Shown here: positions 15,727 to 23,954 of the stretch, piece after piece | How the letters are laid out: each line of letters starts with the position of its first letter | How positions within the stretch are numbered: position 1 is the first letter of the stretch | From: Planctomycetales bacterium | GTDB taxonomy: Bacteria > 4484-113 > JAFGCY01 | DNA: 32,000 bases | Assembly (NCBI GenBank): GCA_022646745.1 | Contig: CP060262.1 | Location: forward strand, 2,520,001-2,552,000 | Reading direction: 5' to 3' | Notes under the pieces: model-generated | Databases searched by the model: none | What the model was told of the DNA's origin: nothing | Seen by the model: only the letters and a program-made list of their open reading frames with translations | Translations under genes and position numbers: made by a program

Positions 15727-16465
15727 ACTGCTGCGCCTTGAGGGCATATGCCACAGCTATGGCCGGCCCGGCAGTGAAGTGGTGCTGGCTGGAGCGGGCC
15801 TCAGTCTCCGGCGTGGCGAGAGCCTGGCGCTGCTAGGGCCATCCGGTTGCGGCAAGAGCACATTGCTGATGATCGCCGCCGGGCTGCTGCAGCCGGGTGC
15901 AGGCAGCGCAAGCCTGGATGGCCAGCCGCTGTTGTCTCCTGACCCCCGCATCGCACTCGTGCAGCAGGCCTATGGGCTGTTCCCCTGGAAGACAGTGCAT
16001 GCCAACGTACTGCTTGGCCTGCAGCTGCGTGGCCGGCGAGCCGGTCCCGGTGAACTGGAGGCGATGCTCAGCGAGCTCGGCATCGAGGGCAAGCTCGACA
16101 GCTACCCGGGGCAGCTCAGCGGTGGCCAGCAGCAGAGGGTTGCACTGGCACGGGCACTGCTGCTTAAGCCGGAGCTGATGCTGCTGGATGAGCCGTTTGG
16201 TGCATTGGACAGCCTGACGCGGGAGCGCCTGCAGGAACTGCTGCTGGCACTGTGGCGACGGGAGGGATTCGCGATGCTGACGGTGACCCACAGCCTGCAG
16301 GAGGCGGCGATGCTTGGCGCGCGCATCCTTGTGATGGATGGTGCCCCGGGGCGCATCATTGCGGAAGTTGACAACATTGGGGCAGGTGAGGCGGGCTACC
16401 GGGATAGCGACGCATACATCGCAACGCTTGCAAAACTGCGCCTGGCGATCGGGGCCGCGGCATGA
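15707..16465 (+). CDS. ABC transporter ATP-binding protein (NitT/TauT family)
   Basis: Walker A is GPSGCGKST, the signature is LSGGQQQRVALARAL and Walker B is LLLDEPFGALD. It overlaps the SBP gene by 20 nt. Confidence 0.9.
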   Translation: METTSPELLRLEGICHSYGRPGSEVVLAGAGLSLRRGESLALLGPSGCGKSTLLMIAAGLLQPGAGSASLDGQPLLSPDPRIALVQQAYGLFPWKTVHANVLLGLQLRGRRAGPGELEAMLSELGIEGKLDSYPGQLSGGQQQRVALARALLLKPELMLLDEPFGALDSLTRERLQELLLALWRREGFAMLTVTHSLQEAAMLGARILVMDGAPGRIIAEVDNIGAGEAGYRDSDAYIATLAKLRLAIGAAA

Positions 16466-17205
16466 AGCTGCGCTGGGAATACATCACCGCAGTCGGCGGG
16501 CTGCTGGTCATGTGGTGGCTACTGTACCTCTGGCTCGGGGAGCAGATCATCGCCGAGCCGCGTGCGACCTTCACCTTGCTGTGGGAAGAACTGGGTGAGC
16601 AGAAGTTCCGCGCGCACATCACGGCTTCGCTGTGGCGCATCCTCGCCGGGATGCTGGTGGCACTGGCCGCCGCGGTGCCGCTCGGTCTGGCGGCCGGCAG
16701 CAGTCCCCGGCTGGACCGCTGGCTGAAGCCTGTGCTGTACCTGACATACCCCCTGCCGAAGATCGTCTTCCTGCCGCTGCTGCTGATGCTGATGGGGATT
16801 GGCAACGGAAGCAAGATCGCGCTGATCGCGATCATCCTGTTCTTCCACCTGCTGGCAACCACGCGTGACGCCGCGCGGGCGGTGCCGCCCAGTGCGGTCA
16901 CATCACTGCGCAGCCTCGGCGGCGGACCATGGCAACTGTTCGTGCACGTATACTGGCCGGCCACCCTTCCGGCGCTGTTCACCAGCCTGCGCATCGCCAC
17001 CGGGACCGTGGTGGCAGTGCTGTTCTTCGTGGAGACGATTGCCACAACGAAGGGCATCGGAGCCTACATCTACAACGCCTGGTCACAGACGAACATCACC
17101 GGCATGGCAGTCGGCATCATCGTGCTGTCCCTGATCGGGATCCTGCTGTATGAGCTGTTTGACCTGCTGGAGCGGCGGCTGTGCCGCTGGACGGGGTACC
17201 GCTGA
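16462..17205 (+). CDS. ABC transporter permease (NitT/TauT family)
   Basis: There is an ATGA overlap with the ATPase stop. The protein is a six-TM type permease with an EAA-like loop (ATTRDAARAVPPSAVTSLRSLGGGPWQLFVHVYWPATLPALF). Confidence 0.85.
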   Translation: MKLRWEYITAVGGLLVMWWLLYLWLGEQIIAEPRATFTLLWEELGEQKFRAHITASLWRILAGMLVALAAAVPLGLAAGSSPRLDRWLKPVLYLTYPLPKIVFLPLLLMLMGIGNGSKIALIAIILFFHLLATTRDAARAVPPSAVTSLRSLGGGPWQLFVHVYWPATLPALFTSLRIATGTVVAVLFFVETIATTKGIGAYIYNAWSQTNITGMAVGIIVLSLIGILLYELFDLLERRLCRWTGYR

Positions 17206-18110
17206 TGGACACCGTGCAGAGACCAGGCTGGCTGGCGACATGGTACCAGGCCAGCCGCCCGCAGTTCTTCGTGGCAACCCTGATCCCGCTGACGCTGGGC
17301 ACCGTACTGGCCTCGCGTGAAGTGGCAGTCAACTGGGTGCTGTTCCTTGTGGTCGTGCTCAGTTCCTTCCTCGTGCACCTCGGCACCAACCTTGCCAACG
17401 ACCTGTTCGACCACCTGGCGGGCACAGACGACGGGGAGAGCATCGGCGGCAGCCGGGTGCTGCAGCAGGGTCTGCTCACGACGCGCCACCTGGTGACGGC
17501 ACTGGTGCTGCTGTACGGCACGGCGGCGCTGGGTGGCCTGTACCTGCTGCTGGCAACGCGGGAGTGGTGGCTGGCTGTCTACATGCTGTTGGCATTCTGC
17601 TCCAGCCTGTTCTACACCGCACCACCGCTGAGGCTCGGCTACCACGGGCTCGGCGAGCTGACCGTGTTCGTCAACATGGGGCCGGTGATGGTGACCGGCG
17701 CGTATTGCGTGCAGACCGGCTACCTGGACTGGGACGCGCTGCTCATCTCGCTGCCGACCGGGATCATGGTGGCGATGATCCTCTATTTCCAGTCCCTGCC
17801 GGACATTGAAACGGACAGGCGGGCCGGCAAGCGCACGATCGCCACCCGGCTGGGACGGGACAGTGCGATTACGGGGATCTTCGTCTTCGGTATCGCTGCC
17901 GTCGCCACAATCGTGGCCCTGGTGGCGCTGCGGGAGCTCTCGTGGATCGCCATAGGCAGCCTGCTGACACTGCCGATCCTCAGACGGATCGCAGGCCTGC
18001 TCAGGTCGACGCCGGACTGGCAGGACGTGCACGGCCGGGGCAAGGTGGTGCGTCTGTTCTACCTTGCCAACGGGATCCTGATGATCCTGGCCACCCGGTT
18101 GCCTGGTTAG
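17205..18110 (+). CDS. UbiA-family aromatic prenyltransferase, MenA-like (1,4-dihydroxy-2-naphthoate polyprenyltransferase-like)
   Basis: The first Asp-rich motif is NLANDLFDHLAGTDD and the second is LPDIETDRRAGKRTIA. The protein is polytopic. The ATG at 17205 overlaps the permease TGA by 1 nt. Confidence 0.8.
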   Translation: MDTVQRPGWLATWYQASRPQFFVATLIPLTLGTVLASREVAVNWVLFLVVVLSSFLVHLGTNLANDLFDHLAGTDDGESIGGSRVLQQGLLTTRHLVTALVLLYGTAALGGLYLLLATREWWLAVYMLLAFCSSLFYTAPPLRLGYHGLGELTVFVNMGPVMVTGAYCVQTGYLDWDALLISLPTGIMVAMILYFQSLPDIETDRRAGKRTIATRLGRDSAITGIFVFGIAAVATIVALVALRELSWIAIGSLLTLPILRRIAGLLRSTPDWQDVHGRGKVVRLFYLANGILMILATRLPG

Positions 18111-18112
18111 GC

Positions 18113-19372
18113 TCAGGCTCCGAAGATGGCACGCATGCCGAGGAACAGCAGGATTGTCAGCACTGCGGTGAAGGGGATGGTGTAGAGCCAGGAAGCGCCG
18201 ATGTCACGCACCACCTTCATGTCCAGTGAACGCATGCCGCGCGCCAGGCCGACGCCGATCACGGCACCGACAAGCGTATGGGTGGTTGACACCGGCAGGC
18301 TGAGCCGGGAGCAGATCAGCACTGTCGTCGCAGCCCCGAACTCGGCGGCGAAGCCGCGGCTGGGCGTGATCGCGGTGATCTTCTTGCCGATGGTCTGCAT
18401 CACGCGATAGCCGAAGGTGGCGAGACCGATCACGATGAACACGCCGCCCAGCAGCAGGATCCAGTTCGGCACCGGGGCCTTGGCCACAAGCTCCTCGCCG
18501 TGGGCCTTCCAGACCGAGTGAACGGCGGCAAGCGGTCCGACTGCGTTGGCAACGTCATTGGCGCCATGCGCGAAGGCGGTATAGCTGGCGGTGATGATCT
18601 GCAGCACGGCGAAGATCGGCTCGGTCTGCTTGAATTTCTTGACCGGGTCGGTCTCCTCCTTGAGCGGGATGCGCTTGATGATCAGGTAAGTGACGAAGGC
18701 GGCCAGCACTCCGATGGCGACGCCCCACAGGCAGGCCCCGCCGAAGCTGAGGTTCATGTTGAGGTTCTTCAGGCCCTTGTAGACCATCGAGAGGGTCAGC
18801 AGGAAGAACACGAGTCCGGTGGCGACAGGCACCAGACGGCGCAGCAGCTTGCCGGGCTCGCGGCTGCGGTAGATCGGCAGCACGAAGCTGATGTAGACAA
18901 GTACGCTCAGCAGTCCGCCGACGAGCGGGCTGACGACCCAGGACATCACCACCTGCCAGACCTTGGGCCAGTTGATGGCTGCCGTGCCGGCAAGCACGAG
19001 TCCGAAGCCGATCACCGCCCCGACAATGCTGTGCGTGGTGGAAACCGGCCAGCCCCACTTGCTGGCGAGGTTCAGCCAGATGGCGGCGGCCAGCAGGGCG
19101 GCCGTCATACCGATTGCGAACAGCACCGGCTCGGCGGCGACGACGTCGTGGTCCACCATGCCCTTGCGGATCGTCTCGGTGACGTGCCCGCCAACGAAGA
19201 AAGCGCCGGCGAATTCGAAGATCGCGGCCAGGCCGACCGCGGCGCCGATCGTGAGCGCCTTGCTGCCGACAGAGGTGCCGAAGGCGTTGGCAACGTCATT
19301 GGCACCGATGTTCCAGGCCATGTACGCGCCGAAGATGATTGACAGGATGAAGATTATCTGGATGTGTTCCAT
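18113..19372 (-). CDS. pit: Inorganic phosphate transporter, PiT (PHO4) family
   Basis: Duplicated PiT signatures are GANDVANAFGTSVGS (N-terminal half) and GANDVANAVGPL (C-terminal half). It is a 419-aa polytopic protein. Confidence 0.92.
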   Translation of the reverse strand: MEHIQIIFILSIIFGAYMAWNIGANDVANAFGTSVGSKALTIGAAVGLAAIFEFAGAFFVGGHVTETIRKGMVDHDVVAAEPVLFAIGMTAALLAAAIWLNLASKWGWPVSTTHSIVGAVIGFGLVLAGTAAINWPKVWQVVMSWVVSPLVGGLLSVLVYISFVLPIYRSREPGKLLRRLVPVATGLVFFLLTLSMVYKGLKNLNMNLSFGGACLWGVAIGVLAAFVTYLIIKRIPLKEETDPVKKFKQTEPIFAVLQIITASYTAFAHGANDVANAVGPLAAVHSVWKAHGEELVAKAPVPNWILLLGGVFIVIGLATFGYRVMQTIGKKITAITPSRGFAAEFGAATTVLICSRLSLPVSTTHTLVGAVIGVGLARGMRSLDMKVVRDIGASWLYTIPFTAVLTILLFLGMRAIFGA

Positions 19373-19383
19373 TGCTGTTCCGC

Positions 19384-20052
19384 CTAGTTTGCCAGGACGC
19401 GGCGGATCTTCTTGCCGAGCGATTCGCTGGCATCAGCCAGGCGGGCGATCTCGCGGGCGATGTCCCGCAGCATGATGATGTCAATCACGCTGATCTGGTT
19501 CTCCAGCTCGAACAGGTGCTGGGTCAGCTTGTACATCTGCTTGTCGGTTTCCCACTCCAGGTGGTCGATGCGCACCGTCTTCTGGACGAACTCCTCGGCG
19601 ATCGGCCCGGCGAAGCCTGCATCCACCAGCATGCCAAAGCCGTCAACGACCTCCTTGACCAGTGCATAGCTGGCGAGGCTCTTCTCCATCAGGTTGACAA
19701 ACTCCGGTGTGAGGGTTTCAGGGATATGCGTATGGCGCACGGTCAGCAGGTAGCCGAGGTCCTCGGCCGCATCCGCGATCTTGTCCGCGCTGGCGATGAT
19801 CTCGAGGAAGTGCCAGCGGTCGATCGGCAGGAACAGCGTGCGGGGCAGCTTGCCGCGGATCTGGCCCTTGACCACATCCGCCTCGTGCTCAGCCTTGGTG
19901 ATCAGGCGGAAGTGGTTCTTGACCTCATCGAAGTCGGCTTCGATATTGGCGGTCACCATCGGCTTGATGTGGCTGACGCAGACGTCGATCTTCTCCAGCA
20001 GTTCCTGCAGCGATTCGAACGGACTGCTGGCAAACAGTCTCAGTATGGACAT
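19384..20052 (-). CDS. DUF47 / TIGR00153-type PhoU-like protein, the usual partner of PiT transporters
   Basis: The ATG at 20050-20052 has a GGAG SD about 9 nt upstream. The protein is helical and begins MSILRLFASSPFESLQELLEKIDVC.... It lies 11 nt upstream of pit, the classic DUF47-PiT pairing. Confidence 0.8.
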   Translation of the reverse strand: MSILRLFASSPFESLQELLEKIDVCVSHIKPMVTANIEADFDEVKNHFRLITKAEHEADVVKGQIRGKLPRTLFLPIDRWHFLEIIASADKIADAAEDLGYLLTVRHTHIPETLTPEFVNLMEKSLASYALVKEVVDGFGMLVDAGFAGPIAEEFVQKTVRIDHLEWETDKQMYKLTQHLFELENQISVIDIIMLRDIAREIARLADASESLGKKIRRVLAN

Positions 20053-20107
20053 TCCCAACTCCAACAGGTACCGGCCCGTATCCCACACTGGGATATCCGG
20101 TGGCCAT

Positions 20108-20156
20108 ATTCTAGCAAGCAGTCTTCACGGAAAACGCACGAAAGATTCACAAAGCG
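20108..20156 (-). promoter_or_regulatory. Candidate Pho-regulated promoter: TAGAAT -10 preceded by three 11-bp-phased direct repeats (GTGAA / GTGCG / GTGAA) in place of a -35
   Basis: On + the repeats read TTCAC 20124-20128, CGCAC 20135-20139 and TTCAC 20146-20150 (spacing 11 and 11). The -10 reads attcta at 20108-20113. The phosphate transporter operon lies downstream. Confidence 0.35.
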
Positions 20157-20178
20157 GCTGAGGGCAGAACAGGAGTAG

Positions 20179-20217
20179 AAAAAACGACAGGGGCGGATCA
20201 GGAACTCCGCCCCTGTC
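20179..20217 (-). terminator. Rho-independent terminator (11-bp perfect GC-rich stem, 10-nt loop, U6 tract)
   Basis: GACAGGGGCGG (20186-20196) pairs with CCGCCCCTGTC (20207-20217). AAAAAA at 20179-20184 on + gives UUUUUU after the stem on the minus strand. Confidence 0.8.
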
Positions 20218-20415
20218 AATTCAAATGAGGTGAATTAACTGGAAACCTATTGTTTTCAGGAATGCGGGTTCGTGGGGGTACGGGGCAGGTCCAGTACCTG
20301 TCCCGGTGGATTAATAAGTCCAACCACACATTCCTTGCGGTCCGGGGAAACTCCCGAACCATCTTCTATACCCGCTTTGTCCACATGAATAACTTAGTGG
20401 GCAGTCCAGAAGCGG

Positions 20416-21003
20416 CTACCAGAGCTGGAACTCCTCACGCAACTGGCCCTGCTGGCCGCTATCCAGGGCATAGCGTTCCATCCCGGCCGCACTGCGCTGG
20501 CGGGTCAGCTCGTAGAGGCACATCGCAGCGGTGACTGAAAGGTTCAGGCTCTGCACCATGCCGCGCATCGGCACCGTGATCAGCCCGTCCGCCAGGCTGC
20601 GCGCGCTGCGGGTCAGGCCGCGGTGCTCATTGCCGAACACAAGCGCCGTCTTCGGTTCCAGCAGATCGGCGTCCTGCAGCTCGACACAGTCCGGCCCGAT
20701 GTCAGTGGCAAGGATGCGGAAGCCCTCCTCATGCAGCAGTCCGTAGCATTCCTCGATGGACTCGTGGAAGGAGTAGTGCAGCCACTTGTGCGCGCTGGAG
20801 CTGCTGCGCTGGCCGAACACGCGCGGGTCGAAGCGCCGCTCGCGGGAGAACACGAGGCAGACGCGCTGGATGCCGAAGGCATCGCAGCTGCGCATCACGG
20901 CCTGCGCATTGTGGCGGTCGTAGATGTTCTCGAGCACGACGGCACCCTGCTGACGCTGGGCGACCACGGCCTCGATGCGGCTGATCCTGTCGGGGGTATG
21001 CAC
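20416..21003 (-). CDS. trmH: SpoU/TrmH-family RNA 2'-O-methyltransferase (tRNA Gm18 methyltransferase-like)
   Basis: SpoU motifs are VLENIYDRHNAQAVMRSCDAFGI, ALVFGNEHRGL and ITVPMRGMVQSLNLSVTAAMCLYE. The start is GTG at 21001-21003. Confidence 0.85.
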   Translation of the reverse strand: MHTPDRISRIEAVVAQRQQGAVVLENIYDRHNAQAVMRSCDAFGIQRVCLVFSRERRFDPRVFGQRSSSSAHKWLHYSFHESIEECYGLLHEEGFRILATDIGPDCVELQDADLLEPKTALVFGNEHRGLTRSARSLADGLITVPMRGMVQSLNLSVTAAMCLYELTRQRSAAGMERYALDSGQQGQLREEFQLW

Positions 21004-21009
21004 AGCGGG

Positions 21010-21043
21010 ATTCTAATGCAGGGCGGGGCAAGCCTGCTATGCT
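21010..21043. promoter_or_regulatory. Back-to-back -10-like hexamers for divergent trmH (TAGAAT-N6-GTG) and pcp (TATGCT-N6-GTG); leaderless geometry
   Basis: attcta at 21010-21015 serves the minus strand, with a 6-nt spacer to the GTG at 21003. tatgct at 21038-21043 serves the plus strand, with a 6-nt spacer to the GTG at 21050. The whole intergenic region is 46 bp and has no SD. Confidence 0.45.
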
Positions 21044-21049
21044 GGACAG

Positions 21050-21724
21050 GTGCGCATCCTCGTGACAGGCTTTGAACCCTTCGGCAAGCTGGTTGACAAC
21101 CCCAGCCAGCGCCTGCTTGGCCAGCTCAGTGCGGCTGACTTCGCGGAGGGTGCTGAACTGCACAGCGTGCGCCTGCCCACCAGCTACCGTGGCAGCGAGA
21201 CACTCATCCGCGAGCTGCTGGATGAGATCCGCCCCGACCTCTGCGTCTGCCTCGGCGTGGCCCAGAACCGCCGGGCGGTCTGCCTGGAGCGCATCGCCGT
21301 AAACATGGATGACTGCAGCCTGGCTGACAACGACGGGGAACTGGCGAAAGGGCGTGAGATCGTGCCCGGTGCCGCACTGGCAATCCAGAGCGTGCTGGAC
21401 CTGGCCGGTGTGGTGGAGCAGGACGGGGCAGATGAAGGGGCAGGGCAGGGCCTGCCATTGTCGATTTCCAACCATGCCGGCAATTTCGTCTGCAACCACG
21501 TCTACTACGCCGCACTGCAGCACATAGCGGAGCATGGCCTGCCCACGAAGTGCGTGTTCATCCATGTGCCGATGACAGAAGAGTGCCGCGGGCCCGGTGA
21601 ACGGTACGACTGGCAGCTGCCCAGCCAGGCAGAGCTGCATGGACGTGTGGCCGGCGTAGCCAGTCGGCTGGCGCAGTCCATCCAGGCACAGCCCGATCGA
21701 CTGCTGGTGGAAGACGGAGACTGA
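21050..21724 (+). CDS. pcp: Pyroglutamyl-peptidase I (pyrrolidone-carboxylate peptidase)
   Basis: The family-typical N-terminus is MRILVTGFEPFG. The catalytic-region motifs are ERIAVN and SNHAGNFVCNHVYY. A GTG start at 21050 gives the canonical N-terminus. Confidence 0.9.
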   Translation: MRILVTGFEPFGKLVDNPSQRLLGQLSAADFAEGAELHSVRLPTSYRGSETLIRELLDEIRPDLCVCLGVAQNRRAVCLERIAVNMDDCSLADNDGELAKGREIVPGAALAIQSVLDLAGVVEQDGADEGAGQGLPLSISNHAGNFVCNHVYYAALQHIAEHGLPTKCVFIHVPMTEECRGPGERYDWQLPSQAELHGRVAGVASRLAQSIQAQPDRLLVEDGD

Positions 21725-21732
21725 ACTTCAGA

Positions 21733-21766
21733 CTGCTCAGGCCGGAATGCGCTGAGCAGCGTTTTC
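21733..21766 (+). terminator. Possible weak intrinsic terminator after pcp
   Basis: CTGCTCAG (21733-21740) pairs with CTGAGCAG (21752-21759) around an 11-nt loop, followed by cGTTTTc. The U tract is short and the loop large, so confidence is low. Confidence 0.35.
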
Positions 21767-21785
21767 AGGTGTTAGGCTGGTTGAG

Positions 21786-23945
21786 ATGCAAACTCCTGAC
21801 GAACTGCGCAGGAAGCTCCTCGAACTGGAACGGCAGGTCCGCGAGGCCCCTCAGGATCCGGCGCTGCACTGCCGGATCGCCGCCCTGCTCGAGAAGCTGG
21901 ACCGCCCGGTGGAGGCCGTCAGCGAACTGCGACAGGCCAACCAGTTGCGGCCGGGTGACCCGGCGATCCTCGAGATGCTGGGCAGCCTGCTGATCAGGCT
22001 CGGTGAATACGACGAAGCGCTGGCCTGCTACAGCGAAGCGCTGGACTGCGTGGACGGCCGGGCCAGCCTGCACCTCGGACTGGCAACCGCCCTGGCCCAG
22101 CTCAAGCGGCGGGATGAAGCGCTTGTTGAATACCGGCAGGCCGCCAGCCTCGCTCCGGGTGATGTGCGCATGCTGTTCGGCCTCGCCGCCGGTTACGCCG
22201 CGCTCAACCGCCACCGCGAAGCGGCGGAGGTGCTCGAGCAGGCGCGCGGGATGGAACCTGACAACCTCGGCCTGCTGCGCAACCTCGCACGCGCCTGGTG
22301 GGCGGCGGAGGAGTATGAGAGTGCGGCAGCACTGCTGATTGAGGTGATCCGCCGCAACCCGCAGGAGACGGCGGCACGCCAGTTGCTGGGCCGGGTGCAG
22401 CTGCACCTGGAGGATCCGGAGGCAGCACTGACCAGCTTCACCGAGGCCCGCACGCTCGGACTGGAGGATGCGGAGCTCTTGTGCGACATGGCAACGGCGC
22501 TGCGCGAACTGGGACGGGATGAGGAAGCGATGGCGGCGGTCGAACTGGCCGTCGAGCGTGAACCGCAGAACAGCACGATCCTCTACAACGCCGGCCTGCT
22601 GCATGCGGAGGCCGGTGACTACCCGGCTGCCGCGTTCTGGTTCGAGCGCCTGCTGGAACTGGACCCGCAGAACCTGCCGGGCCTGCATGACAACGCAATC
22701 GTGCTGGAACGGCTCGGGCGCACGAATGAGGCCCTGCAGACCTACCGCCACGCGATTGAGCTGCATCCGGAGGATGCCTCGCTGCGCAATCATTTTGGCA
22801 ACATGCTTTACAACCTCGGGCAGTACAAGCCGGCACGGGAACAGCTGCTGCTTTCGCTGGAGCTTCGGCCGGATGACCCGGACTGCCTGGTGACGCTCGG
22901 TGCCGTGCACGCCTGCCTCGGGCAGCGTGAGGCCGCTCGCCAGTGCTATGCCCGGGCAATCGAGGTCCGCAGTGACTTCCCTGTACCGTACTACAACAGT
23001 GGCCTGCTGGAGCTGGATGCGGGCAAGCCCGCCAGCGCGGAGCAGTGGATGCGCCGTGCGCTGGCCGTGGCACCCGGTGACGAGGCCTGCCTCGAGGGAC
23101 TGGCCCGCTGCCTGTACCTGCAGGCTCGCTTCGCCGAAGTCAGCGAGCTGTGCCGGATCCAGGTCCGGCAGAACAGTGAGCGGGTCTGGGCCTGGCGCTA
23201 TTTCGCCGCGGCCGCCATGGAACAGTGCGACCATGAGGAGATCCGCAGCGCGGTGGCTGGCTGCCGCGCGCTCGGCGTGCCGGACTCCCGCAGCATCATC
23301 CCCGTTGTCAGGAAGATGCTGGACCAGCAGCGCGACCAGGAGCTGCTGCAGTCGCTCAGTGCACTGGGCGAGCTGAGCCCCTCGCCGGAACTGCTGCTGC
23401 ACATGGGCGTGGTTCTTCGGCGGCTGGGCCGCCAGCCGGAGGCGCTTGAGCACATCAGCCTTGCGCTGGAGCAGATGGAGCCGGACTGCGAGTCCTACCT
23501 CGAGCTGGCACAGGTGCAGATTGAGCTTGGCAACATGAAGCCGGCACGGGATGCCCTGCAGGAATGCCTCGAATTGCTGCCGGCCAACACCGCAGTGGAG
23601 ACGCGGCTGGCGGTCGCGCTGTGCGATGCTGACCTGATCGGTGAGGCCACCGCGCTGGCGCGCAACATCGTTGACGAAATGCCTGACAGCGCGCGGCACC
23701 GCATGCTGCTGGGGCAGATCCTGCTGCTCGGTGAACAGTACGACCATGCGGCCCGCGAACTGGAATCAGCGGCGGAGCTCGGCTTCAGCGGGCAGATGCT
23801 GCACAGTGCGCTGGCACATGCCTACCGCAGGCTGGGCCGGCGGCGTGAGGCGTCAGAGCAGCAGCGGCTCAGTGCCGGCGGGCCGGACCAGCGCAATGTC
23901 TGGCAGCAGATCCGGGGCTGGTTCAGCCGGCGCAGCAGCGAGTAA
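21786..23945 (+). CDS. Tetratricopeptide (TPR) repeat protein, 719 aa
   Basis: The whole length shows repeated 34-aa TPR-like units (A-x3-Y/L-x-A-L-x-L-x-P-x-N/D pattern), for example EALACYSEALDCVDGRA, EALVEYRQAASLAPGD and EALQTYRHAIELHPED. Confidence 0.85.
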   Translation: MQTPDELRRKLLELERQVREAPQDPALHCRIAALLEKLDRPVEAVSELRQANQLRPGDPAILEMLGSLLIRLGEYDEALACYSEALDCVDGRASLHLGLATALAQLKRRDEALVEYRQAASLAPGDVRMLFGLAAGYAALNRHREAAEVLEQARGMEPDNLGLLRNLARAWWAAEEYESAAALLIEVIRRNPQETAARQLLGRVQLHLEDPEAALTSFTEARTLGLEDAELLCDMATALRELGRDEEAMAAVELAVEREPQNSTILYNAGLLHAEAGDYPAAAFWFERLLELDPQNLPGLHDNAIVLERLGRTNEALQTYRHAIELHPEDASLRNHFGNMLYNLGQYKPAREQLLLSLELRPDDPDCLVTLGAVHACLGQREAARQCYARAIEVRSDFPVPYYNSGLLELDAGKPASAEQWMRRALAVAPGDEACLEGLARCLYLQARFAEVSELCRIQVRQNSERVWAWRYFAAAAMEQCDHEEIRSAVAGCRALGVPDSRSIIPVVRKMLDQQRDQELLQSLSALGELSPSPELLLHMGVVLRRLGRQPEALEHISLALEQMEPDCESYLELAQVQIELGNMKPARDALQECLELLPANTAVETRLAVALCDADLIGEATALARNIVDEMPDSARHRMLLGQILLLGEQYDHAARELESAAELGFSGQMLHSALAHAYRRLGRRREASEQQRLSAGGPDQRNVWQQIRGWFSRRSSE

Positions 23946-23948
23946 GAT
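23943..23948 (+). promoter_or_regulatory. -10-like TAAGAT, 6 nt upstream of the hydrolase GTG; overlaps the TPR gene stop codon
   Basis: taagat at 23943-23948, spacer ctggca, GTG at 23955. Confidence 0.35.
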
Positions 23949-23954
23949 CTGGCA

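Noticed and set aside
20218-20365. 48-aa ORF on the minus strand (MVREFPRTARNVWLDLLIHRDRYWTCPVPPRTRIPENNRFPVNSPHLN)
   Set aside because: It has no SD and is rich in codons rare for this genome (AGG, CGA, TTA, AAT). It lies inside a region that folds into stable hairpins, so an RNA function is more plausible. It is kept only as part of the sRNA/leader finding.
20218-20415. Identification of this segment as SRP (4.5S) RNA, 6S RNA or RNase P RNA
   Set aside because: I could not find the SRP GGAA-tetraloop/AGCA symmetric-loop motif or the conserved RNase P GGAAAGUCCGGGC-type block. 6S RNA cannot be judged by eye. No named family can be supported.
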